Shown piece by piece: positions 55,250-64,000 of a DNA stretch of 64,000 bases; position 1 is the first letter of the stretch; each line of letters starts with the position of its first letter. Location of the stretch: contig JBBQTO010000001.1 of assembly GCA_038234575.1 (NCBI GenBank), forward strand, positions 724 through 64,723, in the 5' to 3' direction. The stretch comes from Candidatus Limnocylindrales bacterium (GTDB lineage: Bacteria > Chloroflexota > Limnocylindria > Limnocylindrales > CSP1-4). Under the pieces are notes generated by a model. The model saw only the letters and a program-made list of their open reading frames with translations, made no database searches and had not been told where the DNA came from. A program made the position numbers and the translations under genes.

Positions 55250-56439
55250 CAGAGGATCTGGCCGGCGGCGATCCGGGGCACGGCGGTCACGCGATTGGCG
55301 ACCCGGCGAGCACTCGGCCGGCGTGGACCCCGGACGCCTGGGATGCCCAGGTCCGGGCACATCCCCAGGCCACGTACCTCCAGACCAGTTCGTGGGCGAC
55401 GGTCAAACGCCCGAACGGCTGGTCGCCGGCGCTGGTCGTCGGCTCGTCGCCGGCCTCGGGGGTCATCGGCGCCCAGGTCCTCGTGCAGCCGCTGCCCTTG
55501 CTGCCGTGGCGATTCGCCTACGCGCCCCGCGGCCCGCTGGCCGACCGTTGGACCTCGGGCGCGCTCGGCGCCTGGACGGAGCGCCTTCGCGGAGGCGTGC
55601 CGGGGCTGCGTGGCGCTGCGCTGGTGCGGATGGACCCCGAGGTCGTGACGGGCGCGACGCTCGAGGGGGGCGGAGACTTCGTCGCAGAGCTCCGCGGGCT
55701 CGGCTGGCGCCAGGCGCCCGATGCGCAGCCCCGCCGTACCCGGATCATCGATCTCGGGGCCGAGGAAGCGGCGCTCTGGTCCGATCTCCGGAAGAAGTGG
55801 CGCCAGTATGTCAACCGCGCGCGAACGAGCGGCGTCGTGATCCGGGACGTGGACCCTGCGGCCGAGACCGGCGCATTCGAGGTCTTCCACCGCGTGATGC
55901 GCGAGACGGGTCTCCGCGCGGGTGTGCCGGTCCGGGCCGCGAGCGCGTACGAGGACCTCTGGTCGGCGTTCCAGCCGACGGGCGAGAGCCGGCTCCTCTT
56001 CGCCGACGACGCTTCGGGCGCGACCGTGGCCGTCCTCCTGCTGGTTCGCTGCGGCGATCGGGTCGTCGAGCCCTACGGCGGCATGACCGAAGCCGGGGCC
56101 AACCTGCGCGCGAACTACCTCCTGAAGTGGGAGGCGATCCGCTCGTCGCGGGAGCAGGGCGCGACGTCGTACGACCTGTGGGGCCTCGTGCATCCGGGGA
56201 TCGCGCACTTCAAGCAGGGCTTCGGCGGCCGCGAGATCGAGTACATCGGGGCATGGGATCTCGACCTGTCGCCCGTTGGCGCAACGACCTTCCGACTCGG
56301 CGAGACGGCGCGCGGACCGGTTCTCCGAGCGCTTCGCGACCTTCGCGGGCTTGGGCGACGACCCGTCGCCAACAGCGATGCCGACGAGGCCGAAGCCGGC
56401 GAGCCGCCCGGCGCGGCAACCGAACCCAGCGCGTCGTGA
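55246..56439 (+). CDS. FemAB-family aminoacyltransferase, copy 2 (paralog of copy 1)
   Basis: Same family (..ATYLQTSSWATVKRPNGWSP.. ; ..VVEPYGGMTEAGANLRANYLLKWEAIRSSREQGATSYDLWG). ATGA overlap with copy 1. Confidence 0.75.
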   Translation: MTEDLAGGDPGHGGHAIGDPASTRPAWTPDAWDAQVRAHPQATYLQTSSWATVKRPNGWSPALVVGSSPASGVIGAQVLVQPLPLLPWRFAYAPRGPLADRWTSGALGAWTERLRGGVPGLRGAALVRMDPEVVTGATLEGGGDFVAELRGLGWRQAPDAQPRRTRIIDLGAEEAALWSDLRKKWRQYVNRARTSGVVIRDVDPAAETGAFEVFHRVMRETGLRAGVPVRAASAYEDLWSAFQPTGESRLLFADDASGATVAVLLLVRCGDRVVEPYGGMTEAGANLRANYLLKWEAIRSSREQGATSYDLWGLVHPGIAHFKQGFGGREIEYIGAWDLDLSPVGATTFRLGETARGPVLRALRDLRGLGRRPVANSDADEAEAGEPPGAATEPSAS

Positions 56440-56449
56440 GCACGCCCCC

Positions 56450-58075
56450 GTGACACCCGCCGAACGGCCGCTCGCCGGGCTCGTTCGGCGACTCGACGGG
56501 GACGGCCAACTCATCGCGATCCGCCGCGGCAGCGGGCAGCCGGTCCCCGAAAACGAGCTGGAGTCGATCGCCGTCACGGGGATCGCCGGCGATTCGCGCG
56601 CAGTCGAGCCGGGCCAGGTCTTCGCGGCGGTCCGCGGCCTGCGAGTAGACGGTCATGACTTCGTCGTCGAGGCGATCGGCCGGGGCGTGGCCGGGGTGAT
56701 CGTGGAAGCGGCGCTGGGCTCGAATGTGGGCGCACCCGACCCCGCGAGCGACGCCGCGAGTGACCGAGCCGCCGTGATTCAACTCGTCGTCCGACGCAGC
56801 GACGTCGCCCTGGCGGCCGCGGCAGCCTGGTGGTTCGGCGACCCGAGCCGCGAGCTCGACGTCGTCGGCGTGACGGGGACGAACGGCAAGACCACGACGA
56901 CGTTCCTCGCGGCAGCGGCGCTCGAGGCGGTCGGCTGGCCGACGGGGATCGTCGGGACGATCGGAATCCGCGTCGCCGGGACGCTGCGCCGAAACGACCG
57001 ACCGAACACGACGCCGGGGGCGATCGATCTTCAGGGCGTGCTCCGGGAGATGGTCGACGCGGACCGGCGGGCGGTTGTCATCGAGACGAGCTCGCACGGG
57101 CTCGCTGCCGAGCGCGTCGGCAGCGTGGCGTACGGCGCCGCCATCTTCACGAACCTGTCGCACGAGCACCTCGATTTTCACGGAACGTTCGAGGCGTATC
57201 GGGCCGCCAAGCTCAGCCTGTTCGAGCGCCTTCCCCGGGAGGACCGCGAAGGCCGCCCCGGCATCGGCGTCGTGAATATCGACGATCCGAATGGGCGGGC
57301 GTTCGCTGCTGCGACGACGGCCGCTGGAGCGCGAGCGATCGCCTACGGCGTGGATCCCGGCGCCGACGTCCGCCTCGTTTCGTTCGAAGGCGATGCGTCG
57401 TCGAGCCGCCTCGAGGTCGAGGCGGGCGGCCGGACGCTGCCCGTCGCGCTGCGCATCGGCGGGCGGTTCAACGCCCTCAACGCCCTGGCGGTGGTCGGAC
57501 TCGGGCTTGGCTGGGAGCTGGACCTCGAGCGCGTCGCGGCCGGGCTCCGCGAGCTCCGCGGGGTCCCGGGCCGGTTGGAGGCGGTGGTTCGCGGCCAGCC
57601 GTTCCACGTGATCATCGATTACGCGCACACGCCGAGCTCGCTCGACACCGTTGGGCGAGAGCTTGGCGACCTCGCGTCGCCGCATGGCGGGCGCGTGATC
57701 AGCGTGTTCGGTGCGTCGGGCGAGCGCGACACGGGCAAGCGGCCGCTGATGGGCCGGGCCGCCGGCTCCCGAAGTCGCCTCGTCATCGTGACCGAGGATG
57801 ATTCGCGGAACGAGGACCCGGCGGCGATCTTCGAGGCCATCGTCACGGGTGCCGAGGCGGCCGGTCTCCAGCGCGACCACGAGGTCCTCGTGATCCCGGA
57901 CCGGCGGGCGGCGATCGCGGAGGCGTTCGCCCGAGCCCGGCCCGCTGATGTCGTCCTCCTCGCGGGCAAGGGACACGAGACCTGGAACCTCGGACCGGCC
58001 GGTGCCGAGCCGTGGAGCGAGCGCGAGGTTGCGGAGTCGGCGCTCGCCGAGCTCGGCTACCGGGGCGATTCGTGA
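56450..58075 (+). CDS. murE: UDP-N-acetylmuramoyl-L-alanyl-D-glutamate--2,6-diaminopimelate (or L-Lys) ligase MurE
   Basis: GTG 10 bp after the Fem copy-2 stop. ..IAVTGIAGDSRAVEPGQVFAAVRG..VGVTGTNGKTTTT (P-loop)..AIFTNLSHEHLDFHG..DNAL..DYAHTP... ORF 56276..58075 is an over-extension. Confidence 0.85.
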   Translation: MTPAERPLAGLVRRLDGDGQLIAIRRGSGQPVPENELESIAVTGIAGDSRAVEPGQVFAAVRGLRVDGHDFVVEAIGRGVAGVIVEAALGSNVGAPDPASDAASDRAAVIQLVVRRSDVALAAAAAWWFGDPSRELDVVGVTGTNGKTTTTFLAAAALEAVGWPTGIVGTIGIRVAGTLRRNDRPNTTPGAIDLQGVLREMVDADRRAVVIETSSHGLAAERVGSVAYGAAIFTNLSHEHLDFHGTFEAYRAAKLSLFERLPREDREGRPGIGVVNIDDPNGRAFAAATTAAGARAIAYGVDPGADVRLVSFEGDASSSRLEVEAGGRTLPVALRIGGRFNALNALAVVGLGLGWELDLERVAAGLRELRGVPGRLEAVVRGQPFHVIIDYAHTPSSLDTVGRELGDLASPHGGRVISVFGASGERDTGKRPLMGRAAGSRSRLVIVTEDDSRNEDPAAIFEAIVTGAEAAGLQRDHEVLVIPDRRAAIAEAFARARPADVVLLAGKGHETWNLGPAGAEPWSEREVAESALAELGYRGDS

Positions 58076-58126
58076 CGGCCAGCCCCGCAGGCTCGGTCGG
58101 GTCTCGGCCCCGCCGATAATTCGCTG

Positions 58127-58447
58127 ATGGCCACCGAATCCGGGCTCACGTGGCCTGAACCTCCCAGCGACACGTCCCGCGACAGCTTCGAGGGGCTCGT
58201 CGTGGCCGCCCTGGACGGGCTACCGTCCCTCTTCCGCGACCAGCTCGACACGGTGGCGGTTGTGGTCGAAGACGAGCCCACACCGGCTCAGCTTGTGGAC
58301 ACGGGCGCCCCCGGGTTGCTCGGGCTCTACACGGGGGTACCGCGGACGAGTACGGGGCAGCAACGCCCCGTTGGGCAGCAAGATCACGATCTTCCGCCAC
58401 GAAGTGGCCCACCACTTCGGCATCTCCGATGCCCGCCTGGTGGAGCT
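58127..58447 (+). pseudogene. DUF1025/zincin-like metallopeptidase-family gene split by a +1 frameshift (or a sequencing indel in a G-run)
   Basis: Frame A (ORF 58127..) gives the family N-terminus ..LVVAALDGLPSLFRDQLDTVAVVVEDEPTPAQL..LLGLYTGVPRTSTG, then runs into low-complexity sequence. Frame +1 (ORF 58260..58466) gives the family C-terminus ..SNAPLGSKITIFRHEVAHHFGISDARLVELAQEHS (HExxH) and ends at TGA at 58445-58447. Both frames are open across the G-rich stretch ACGGGGCAGCAACG (58351-58364); the switch point itself cannot be pinned more precisely than about 58300-58380. Confidence 0.6.
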
Positions 58448-58541
58448 GGCGCAGGAGCACAGCTGAGGTTTCAGCCCGTCGAGCCGGCCCGTCCGGCCCC
58501 GATCGGAGGCCACTCGAGGCGCTGCTAGACTTTCAAGCACG

Positions 58542-60917
58542 ATGGTCGTCCCACGCACGCGGCCGGTGCGACCGGCCGAGCCTCGCCCGCCAGCTCCATC
58601 CGCGGTCGGTCCAGCCCGGAAGGGCGCGCCGCGCGCGGCGGCGCGATCGAAGCCGGCAAAACCCGACAATGGGACGTCCGCGGCGGCGAAGCCCGCGGCG
58701 ACGACTGCGTCCCCGAAGCCCGCCATCGCCGACGTCGCGAAACCGGCGGCGGCCAAGCCGGCCCCAAAGGTCCCGAGCGTCACCTCGATGCGGGCGACCC
58801 TGATCGACACGCTGAAGCGGCACGATCCCCAGGCCGATCTCGCGGCCCTCCAGGGCGCCATCGACTTCGCAATCGACGCTCACGGCGCCCAGAAACGCGC
58901 CTCCGGTGAGCCGTATGTCATCCATCCGATCGCCGCCGCCCAGATCCTCGCCGACCTCGGAATCGACCCGATCGCGATCGAGGCGGCCATCCTGCACGAC
59001 GTTCCCGAGGACACCGAGTACGACCTGCCCGATATCGAGGACCGCTTCGGGGCCGAGGTCGCCCATCTCGTCGACGGGGTCACGAAGCTCAGCAAATTCA
59101 GCACGCTCAGCCACGAGCAGCAGCAGGCCGAGAACATCCGGAAGATGTTCCTGGCGATGGCCGACGACATCCGGGTCGTCCTCATCAAGCTCGCCGACCG
59201 GCTCCACAACATGCGGACCTTGGCCGCGCTGCCGCCGGAGAAGCAGCTCCGGATCGCCCGCCAGACCCTCGAGATCTATGCGCCGCTCGCCGAACGCCTC
59301 GGGATCTGGCAGGTCAAGTGGGAGCTCGAGGACCTGTCGTTCAAAGTAATCGAGCCGGCCCGCTTCCGCGAGCTCGCGAAGCTCCTCGATACCCGCCGGA
59401 AGAGTCGCGAGTCCTATATCGACCGGGCGATCGAGGAGCTCCGACCGCGGCTCGAGGCCGCCGGGATCACCGCCGACCTCGAGGGCCGGCCGAAGCACAT
59501 CTACAGCATCTGGAAAAAGATGCAGCGCAAGAGCGCCGAGTTCGGCGAGATCTACGACGTGTACGCGATCCGAGTCCTCGTCGATGATCTCCGCGACTGC
59601 TACGCCGCATTGGGCATCGTCCACGCGCTATGGCGGCCGATCCCGGGCCAGTTCGACGACTACATCGCGGTCCCCAAGAACAACCTCTACCAGTCGCTCC
59701 ATACCGCCGTGATCGCGCTCGATGGGAAGCCCCTCGAGATCCAGATCCGGACGCACGCGATGCACCAGGTCTCGGAGGTCGGGATCGCGGCGCACTGGCG
59801 GTACAAGGAGGGCTCGAAGTCCGATCGGGATTACGACGCCAAGCTCGCCTGGCTGCGGCAGCTGATGGACTGGCAGCGAGACGTCAGCGACGCGACGGAG
59901 TTCGTCGAGGGCATCAAGCTCGACATCTTCCAGGACCAGGTCTTCGTGTTCACCCCGAAGGGCGACATCAAGGACCTGCCGGCGAACGCGACCCCGCTCG
60001 ACTTCGCCTACCGGATCCACACCGACGTCGGCCACCGGACCATCGGCGCGAAAGTCAACAACCGCCTCGTCCCGCTCGACTACCGCCTGAAGAACGGCGA
60101 CATCGTCGAAGTCGTGACGACAAAGGCCGGGCATGGGCCGTCGCGGGATTGGCTGAACGTCGTCCGGACCCAGCATGCCCGCGAGAAAATTCGGCAATGG
60201 TTCAAGCGCCAGGAGCGCGACGAGAACATCGTCCACGGCCGCGAGGCGCTCGATCGGGAGCTCCGCCGGCTCGCCCGGACCTCGAGCGCGGCGGTGGGCC
60301 AGGACAAGCTCGTCGAGGTCGCCCGGCAGTACAACCACGACAGCCTCGATGACTTCCTCGCCGCGATCGGCTACGGGGCGATCAGCGCCCAATCGGTGGT
60401 CATGCGGCTCGGCGTCGTCGACGACACGCAGCTCACGTTGCCCACGGTCGCGCCGCCCGTCCAGCCGGCCCCAGCTGGTGGCGTCCGGGTCAAGGGCGTC
60501 GGCGATCTGCTCGTGCGATTCGCCCGCTGCTGCCACCCGATCCCGGGCGACCCGATCGTCGGGTTCATCACGCGCGGCAAGGGCGTGACGGTCCACCTGC
60601 GATCCTGCCCCACTGTCCTCAACGAGCGCGAGGTCACGCGCCTGATCGAGGTCGAATGGGAGGCTGCGCCGGCCCGGACGTACCCGATTGCGATCCGAGT
60701 CGAGGCCTACGACCGGACGGGCCTCCTCAGCGACATCACGCAAGTCGTCGCGGAGGCCAAGGTGAACATCCTTGCCGCGGATGTTTCGGTGGGGCCGGAT
60801 CACGCCGCCCTCGTACGCGCAACGCTCCAGGTCGCCTCGGTCAGCCAGCTGGCCCGCGTCCTGGCCCGCATCGAGCAGCTGAAGGACGTCTTCAGCGTCA
60901 CGCGCGACCTCGGCTGA
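58542..60917 (+). CDS. rel: Bifunctional (p)ppGpp synthetase/hydrolase Rel
   Basis: HD hydrolase: ..YVIHPIAAAQILADL..HDVPEDT. Synthetase: ..HIYSIWKKMQRK..YDVYAIRVLV..YQSLHTAVI. TGS, helical, RIS and ACT C-terminal domains (..ACT: IAIRVEAYDRTGLLSDIT). ORF-track start at 58542 adds an 82-aa Ala/Pro/Lys-rich extension; alternative ATG at 58788 (MRATLID). Confidence 0.85.
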   Translation: MVVPRTRPVRPAEPRPPAPSAVGPARKGAPRAAARSKPAKPDNGTSAAAKPAATTASPKPAIADVAKPAAAKPAPKVPSVTSMRATLIDTLKRHDPQADLAALQGAIDFAIDAHGAQKRASGEPYVIHPIAAAQILADLGIDPIAIEAAILHDVPEDTEYDLPDIEDRFGAEVAHLVDGVTKLSKFSTLSHEQQQAENIRKMFLAMADDIRVVLIKLADRLHNMRTLAALPPEKQLRIARQTLEIYAPLAERLGIWQVKWELEDLSFKVIEPARFRELAKLLDTRRKSRESYIDRAIEELRPRLEAAGITADLEGRPKHIYSIWKKMQRKSAEFGEIYDVYAIRVLVDDLRDCYAALGIVHALWRPIPGQFDDYIAVPKNNLYQSLHTAVIALDGKPLEIQIRTHAMHQVSEVGIAAHWRYKEGSKSDRDYDAKLAWLRQLMDWQRDVSDATEFVEGIKLDIFQDQVFVFTPKGDIKDLPANATPLDFAYRIHTDVGHRTIGAKVNNRLVPLDYRLKNGDIVEVVTTKAGHGPSRDWLNVVRTQHAREKIRQWFKRQERDENIVHGREALDRELRRLARTSSAAVGQDKLVEVARQYNHDSLDDFLAAIGYGAISAQSVVMRLGVVDDTQLTLPTVAPPVQPAPAGGVRVKGVGDLLVRFARCCHPIPGDPIVGFITRGKGVTVHLRSCPTVLNEREVTRLIEVEWEAAPARTYPIAIRVEAYDRTGLLSDITQVVAEAKVNILAADVSVGPDHAALVRATLQVASVSQLARVLARIEQLKDVFSVTRDLG

Positions 60918-60945
60918 GGTCAGTGCCGGACTCGCGTCCGGTATC

Positions 60946-62325
60946 GTGGAATCCATGGCGACCTTTCGAGCTCCCCGCGGCACGCGCGACCTCCTGCCGG
61001 CCGAGCGGCCCACCTGGGCAAAGCTCGAGCGCGTCGCAGCGGAGCTCGCAGGCCGGTACGGCTACCGAGGCATCGAAACGCCGCTATTCGAGCAGAGCGC
61101 AGTGTTCGAGCGCGGGATCGGGGCCGTGACGGATGTCGTCGAGAAGGAGCTCTTCCGGGTCTCGCCCTCGCGCGGCGAGGAGCGCGAGCGTTGGGCCCTC
61201 CGGCCCGAGGCGACGGCGGGCATCGTGCGGGCCTACATCGAGCACGGGATGCGCACGCTGCCCCAGCCGGTCAAGCTCAGCCTCTTCGGCCCGATGTTCC
61301 GCTACGACCGGCCGCAGGCGGGGCGATATCGCCAGTTCTGGCAGTGGAATATCGAGGCGATCGGCGATCCGGGACCGGCGGTCGACGCCGAGATCATCGA
61401 GCTCGGCCTGCGGTTCTACCGTGAGATTGGCCTGTCCACGGTCCAGGTCAAGCTCAACTCGATCGGCGACACGGCCTGCCGCCCGGGCTACGTAGCGGCA
61501 CTCACCGCCTACTACCGCGAGCATCTGGCGGCCCTCCCGCCGCTGGAGCGTGCCCGCCTCGAGACGAACCCGCTGCGCATCCTCGACTCGAAGGATCCGG
61601 CGATGGTGGAGCTCAATCGGGAGGCGCCGCTCGCGTGGGACCACCTGTGTGGGCCGTGCGGGGCGCATTTCGCGGCGGTTCGGGTCCATCTCGACGGCCT
61701 CGGGATCGCCTACCTGCTCGCCCCGGAGATCGTCCGGGGCCTCGACTACTACACCCGCACGACGTTCGAGTACTTCAGGCCTGGCGCGGAGGGCCAGCAG
61801 GACGCCCTCGGCGGGGGAGGCCGCTACGACGGGCTCATCGAGCTCCTCGGCGGAAACCGCACACCCGGGATCGGCTTCGCCCTGGGCATCGACCGCGTCG
61901 TGATCGCGCGCGCGGCGGAGGGCGTCGCGCCCGAGGCTGATCCGCCGCCGGTCGCGGTCGTCGTCGGGGTGGTGCCGGAGGCAACCGCCGCGCGCCTTCG
62001 AATCGCCACAGAGCTTCGGGCCGCGGGGATCGCCGCTCGGGCCGAGCTGAGCCAGAGGAAGCTGGGCAAGCAGCTCGAGGCCGCGGCCCGCGAGGGCGCC
62101 CACTTCGCGCTGATCGTCGGCGACGGGGCCGGAGAAGGCGCAGCGGGCGCGCAAGACTCTGCCAGCGCCAACGGCCCGGCGGGCGCCGACGGTCCCGCTG
62201 GCGCCGGCACCCTGCAGCTGCGCGACCTCAAGGCCGGGACCCAGCGCGCGATCGCGGACACGGACCTGGTGAAGGACCTCGAGCGCGCTTCGCGGACGCA
62301 TCGCCACGGGGTGGGCGAAGCCTAG
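60946..62325 (+). CDS. hisS: Histidyl-tRNA synthetase
   Basis: Class II motifs: ..APRGTRDLLP.. (motif 1 region), ..FRYDRPQAGRYRQFWQWNIEAIG (motif 2), ..GGGRYDGL.. (motif 3), and C-terminal anticodon-binding domain. Confidence 0.9.
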   Translation: MESMATFRAPRGTRDLLPAERPTWAKLERVAAELAGRYGYRGIETPLFEQSAVFERGIGAVTDVVEKELFRVSPSRGEERERWALRPEATAGIVRAYIEHGMRTLPQPVKLSLFGPMFRYDRPQAGRYRQFWQWNIEAIGDPGPAVDAEIIELGLRFYREIGLSTVQVKLNSIGDTACRPGYVAALTAYYREHLAALPPLERARLETNPLRILDSKDPAMVELNREAPLAWDHLCGPCGAHFAAVRVHLDGLGIAYLLAPEIVRGLDYYTRTTFEYFRPGAEGQQDALGGGGRYDGLIELLGGNRTPGIGFALGIDRVVIARAAEGVAPEADPPPVAVVVGVVPEATAARLRIATELRAAGIAARAELSQRKLGKQLEAAAREGAHFALIVGDGAGEGAAGAQDSASANGPAGADGPAGAGTLQLRDLKAGTQRAIADTDLVKDLERASRTHRHGVGEA

Positions 62326-62327
62326 TC

Positions 62328-62594
62328 ATGGCGGAGTGGATCTATGTAAGCCATCCGCGTCGCGACGAATTCGCGGCCACGATGACTGACGAGGAGGGTC
62401 GCGTCTGGGACACCCATCGGGAGCGCCTCGTCGCGCCGACGCGGGGCCCGCACAACACCGGTATCTGTGTTCCCGAGGCGCGCGATGAAGCCTCAGCCCA
62501 GGCATTCATGGCCGAGGACCCGGCCATCGCGAGCGGCATCGGCCGTGGCGAGCTCCGGCCGTTTCGGGTCTCGCTGCTCCGGGGACGGGATTAG
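62328..62594 (+). CDS. YciI-like protein (dimeric alpha/beta-barrel superfamily)
   Basis: 88-aa ORF starting 3 bp after the hisS stop. Pattern ..WIYVSHPRRDE.. and C-terminal ..ASGIGRGELRPFRVSLL is consistent with the YciI family. Moderate support. Confidence 0.6.
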   Translation: MAEWIYVSHPRRDEFAATMTDEEGRVWDTHRERLVAPTRGPHNTGICVPEARDEASAQAFMAEDPAIASGIGRGELRPFRVSLLRGRD

Positions 62595-62630
62595 CCCCGC
62601 CCGGAGCGCGGCCGATACCATACCCGGGCC

Positions 62631-64000
62631 ATGCCCGACCCCAAGTCCGCCGCTGAGCCCGCCTCGGAGCCCGCTGCCTCGGCTGCCCCGCCGGACCTCT
62701 CCAGCTCCTACCGCAGCCACAGCTGCGGCCAGCTGCGGGCCGCCGAGGCCGGCGCCGAGGTTCGCCTCGCGGGCTGGGTCCATCGTCGCCGGGACCACGG
62801 CCAGCTGATCTTCCTCGACCTCCGGGACCGCCACGGCGTCACCCAGGTCGTGATCGATCGCGTCGATGCGCCGGAGGCCCACGCGAGCGCGAGCCGCGTG
62901 CGGAGCGAGTTCGTCGTCGCGACCGTGGGGACCGTCGCGCTGCGCCTGCCCGGAACCGAGAACAAGAAGCTGCCGACCGGCGAGATCGAGGTTCGAGTTA
63001 CGCAGCTGACGATCCTCAACGAGGCGAAGACCCCGCCGTTCTACATCAACGATCCCGATGCCACGATCGACGAGACCCTCCGGCTGAAGTACCGCTATCT
63101 CGACCTCCGGCGGGGGCCGATGCAGCGCCGGATGGTCCTTCGCAGCACGCTCGTCCAGGCCATCCGCGAGGTGCATTTCGCGAACGCCTTCCTCGAGATC
63201 GAGACGCCGAGTCTCATCAAGAGCACCCCCGAGGGCGCGCGCGACTTCATCGTTCCGAGCCGACTCCAGCCGGGCAGCGTCTACGCGCTGCCGCAGAGCC
63301 CGCAGCAGCTCAAACAGCTGCTGATGGTCGCCGGCATCGATCGCTACTTCCAGATAGCCCGCTGCTTCCGGGACGAGGACACCCGCGGCGATCGCCAGCC
63401 CGAGTTCACCCAGCTCGACCTGGAGATGAGCTTCGCCGACGAGGCGACCGTGATGGACTTCGTCGAGCGGATGGCGATCGAGGTGAGTCGGCGGGTCGTC
63501 CCGGACCGGCCCCTCCAGGCAACGCTGTTCCCGCGCTTCACGTATGCCGAGGCGATGGACCGCTTCGGCTCCGACAAGCCGGACCTGCGCTTCGGCATGG
63601 AGCTCGCGGACCTGGGTCCGGCGCTGACGGACGCGGCCGGCGTCCCGAGCTCGGGCTTCCGCGTCTTCGACGACGCGCTCGCAAGCGGCGGAGTCGTCAA
63701 GGTGATCGTCGCCCGGGGCCACGCCGCGGCTACCCGGCGCGAGATCGACGAGCTGACCGAGGCCGCCAGAAAGGACGGCGCCAAGGGCCTCGCCCATCTT
63801 GCCGTCGAGTCGACTGGCGACGTGCGGGGCCCGATCGCGAAGTTCCTCGGCGGGGATGGCGCCGAGCGGGTTGCCGCCCGCGCCGGGGCGAGCCCGGGCG
63901 ACCTGATCCTCATCGTTGCGGATCGCGCAGCGGTTGCCAACGAGGTCCTCGGCCAACTGCGAGTCCGGCTTGGCGCTCAGCTCGGGCTCGCCGACCCGAA
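62631..64000 (+). CDS. aspS: Aspartyl-tRNA synthetase (5' portion; gene continues past the window end)
   Basis: Not in the ORF track because there is no stop inside the window. ATG at 62631. N-terminal OB anticodon-binding domain (RSHSCGQLRAAEAGAEVRLAGWVHRRRDHGQLIFLDLRDRHGVTQVV), class II motif 1 (..PFYIND..LRLKYRYLDLRR), motif 2 (FQIARCFRDEDTRGDRQPEFTQLDLEMSF). Confidence 0.9.
   Translation, partial: MPDPKSAAEPASEPAASAAPPDLSSSYRSHSCGQLRAAEAGAEVRLAGWVHRRRDHGQLIFLDLRDRHGVTQVVIDRVDAPEAHASASRVRSEFVVATVGTVALRLPGTENKKLPTGEIEVRVTQLTILNEAKTPPFYINDPDATIDETLRLKYRYLDLRRGPMQRRMVLRSTLVQAIREVHFANAFLEIETPSLIKSTPEGARDFIVPSRLQPGSVYALPQSPQQLKQLLMVAGIDRYFQIARCFRDEDTRGDRQPEFTQLDLEMSFADEATVMDFVERMAIEVSRRVVPDRPLQATLFPRFTYAEAMDRFGSDKPDLRFGMELADLGPALTDAAGVPSSGFRVFDDALASGGVVKVIVARGHAAATRREIDELTEAARKDGAKGLAHLAVESTGDVRGPIAKFLGGDGAERVAARAGASPGDLILIVADRAAVANEVLGQLRVRLGAQLGLADP

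Noticed and set aside
62467-63956. ORFs 62467..62808 (+) and 62493..63956 (-, 487 aa)
   Set aside because: They overlap yciI-like and aspS. aspS is open to the window end with textbook class II aaRS motifs. The others are frame or antisense artifacts.

Overview
The window is very GC-rich (by eye more than 70% G+C; antisense strands of real genes carry long spurious ORFs) and is densely packed with about 55 protein genes plus one tRNA. Many neighbouring genes are joined by 4-bp ATGA or GTGA overlaps, which suggests translational coupling. The content is chromosomal core of a Gram-positive-type, high-GC lineage (Actinobacteria- or Chloroflexi-like). I see no insertion sequences, phage integrases in island context, CRISPR arrays or toxin-antitoxin pairs, so there is no obvious accessory island.

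Main gene modules:
- Cell envelope and division: an fhaA-fhaB-rodA-pbpA unit with no pstP or pknA/pknB; murI; a candidate septum-initiator FtsB-like gene, tRNA-Met and ftsH; and a coupled chain xerC/D-type recombinase -> murJ -> two FemABX-family genes -> murE.
- DNA repair, recombination and competence: rarA; a single AdnB/AddA-like UvrD-helicase fused to an Fe-S RecB nuclease; an MrfA-like DEAH helicase (DUF1998 Zn finger) with an MrfB-like DEDD exonuclease; and comM(yifB)-dprA-topA-xerC/D.
- Amino-acid metabolism: a serine-biosynthesis operon (class V aminotransferase - serA - histidine-phosphatase), tyrA, and an agmatinase-family ureohydrolase.
- Protein quality control and translation: a MoxR-DUF58-transglutaminase triad, NfeD-stomatin, an M20 peptidase, and rel-hisS-yciI-aspS.

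Most unusual observations:
1. Two paralogous receiver-domain/ParA-MinD(CpaE/TadZ-like) ATPase fusions with complementary degeneracies, each coupled into an unrelated operon and with no Tad pilus genes nearby.
2. A tightly coupled four-gene operon: M20 peptidase - DnaB-C-terminal/RecA-fold ATPase - ppa - thpR.
3. A histidine-phosphatase gene coupled downstream of serA, a candidate non-HAD phosphoserine phosphatase.
4. Shared sequence blocks and TGTCA/TGACA palindromes in the promoter regions of the two helicase-nuclease repair loci.
5. A +1 frameshift splitting a DUF1025 zinc-metallopeptidase gene.
6. Gene-boundary anomalies: an MTase ORF with no stop before the next gene, a 253-bp convergent overlap between mrfB and pfkB, and an M20 peptidase N-terminus with no canonical start codon.
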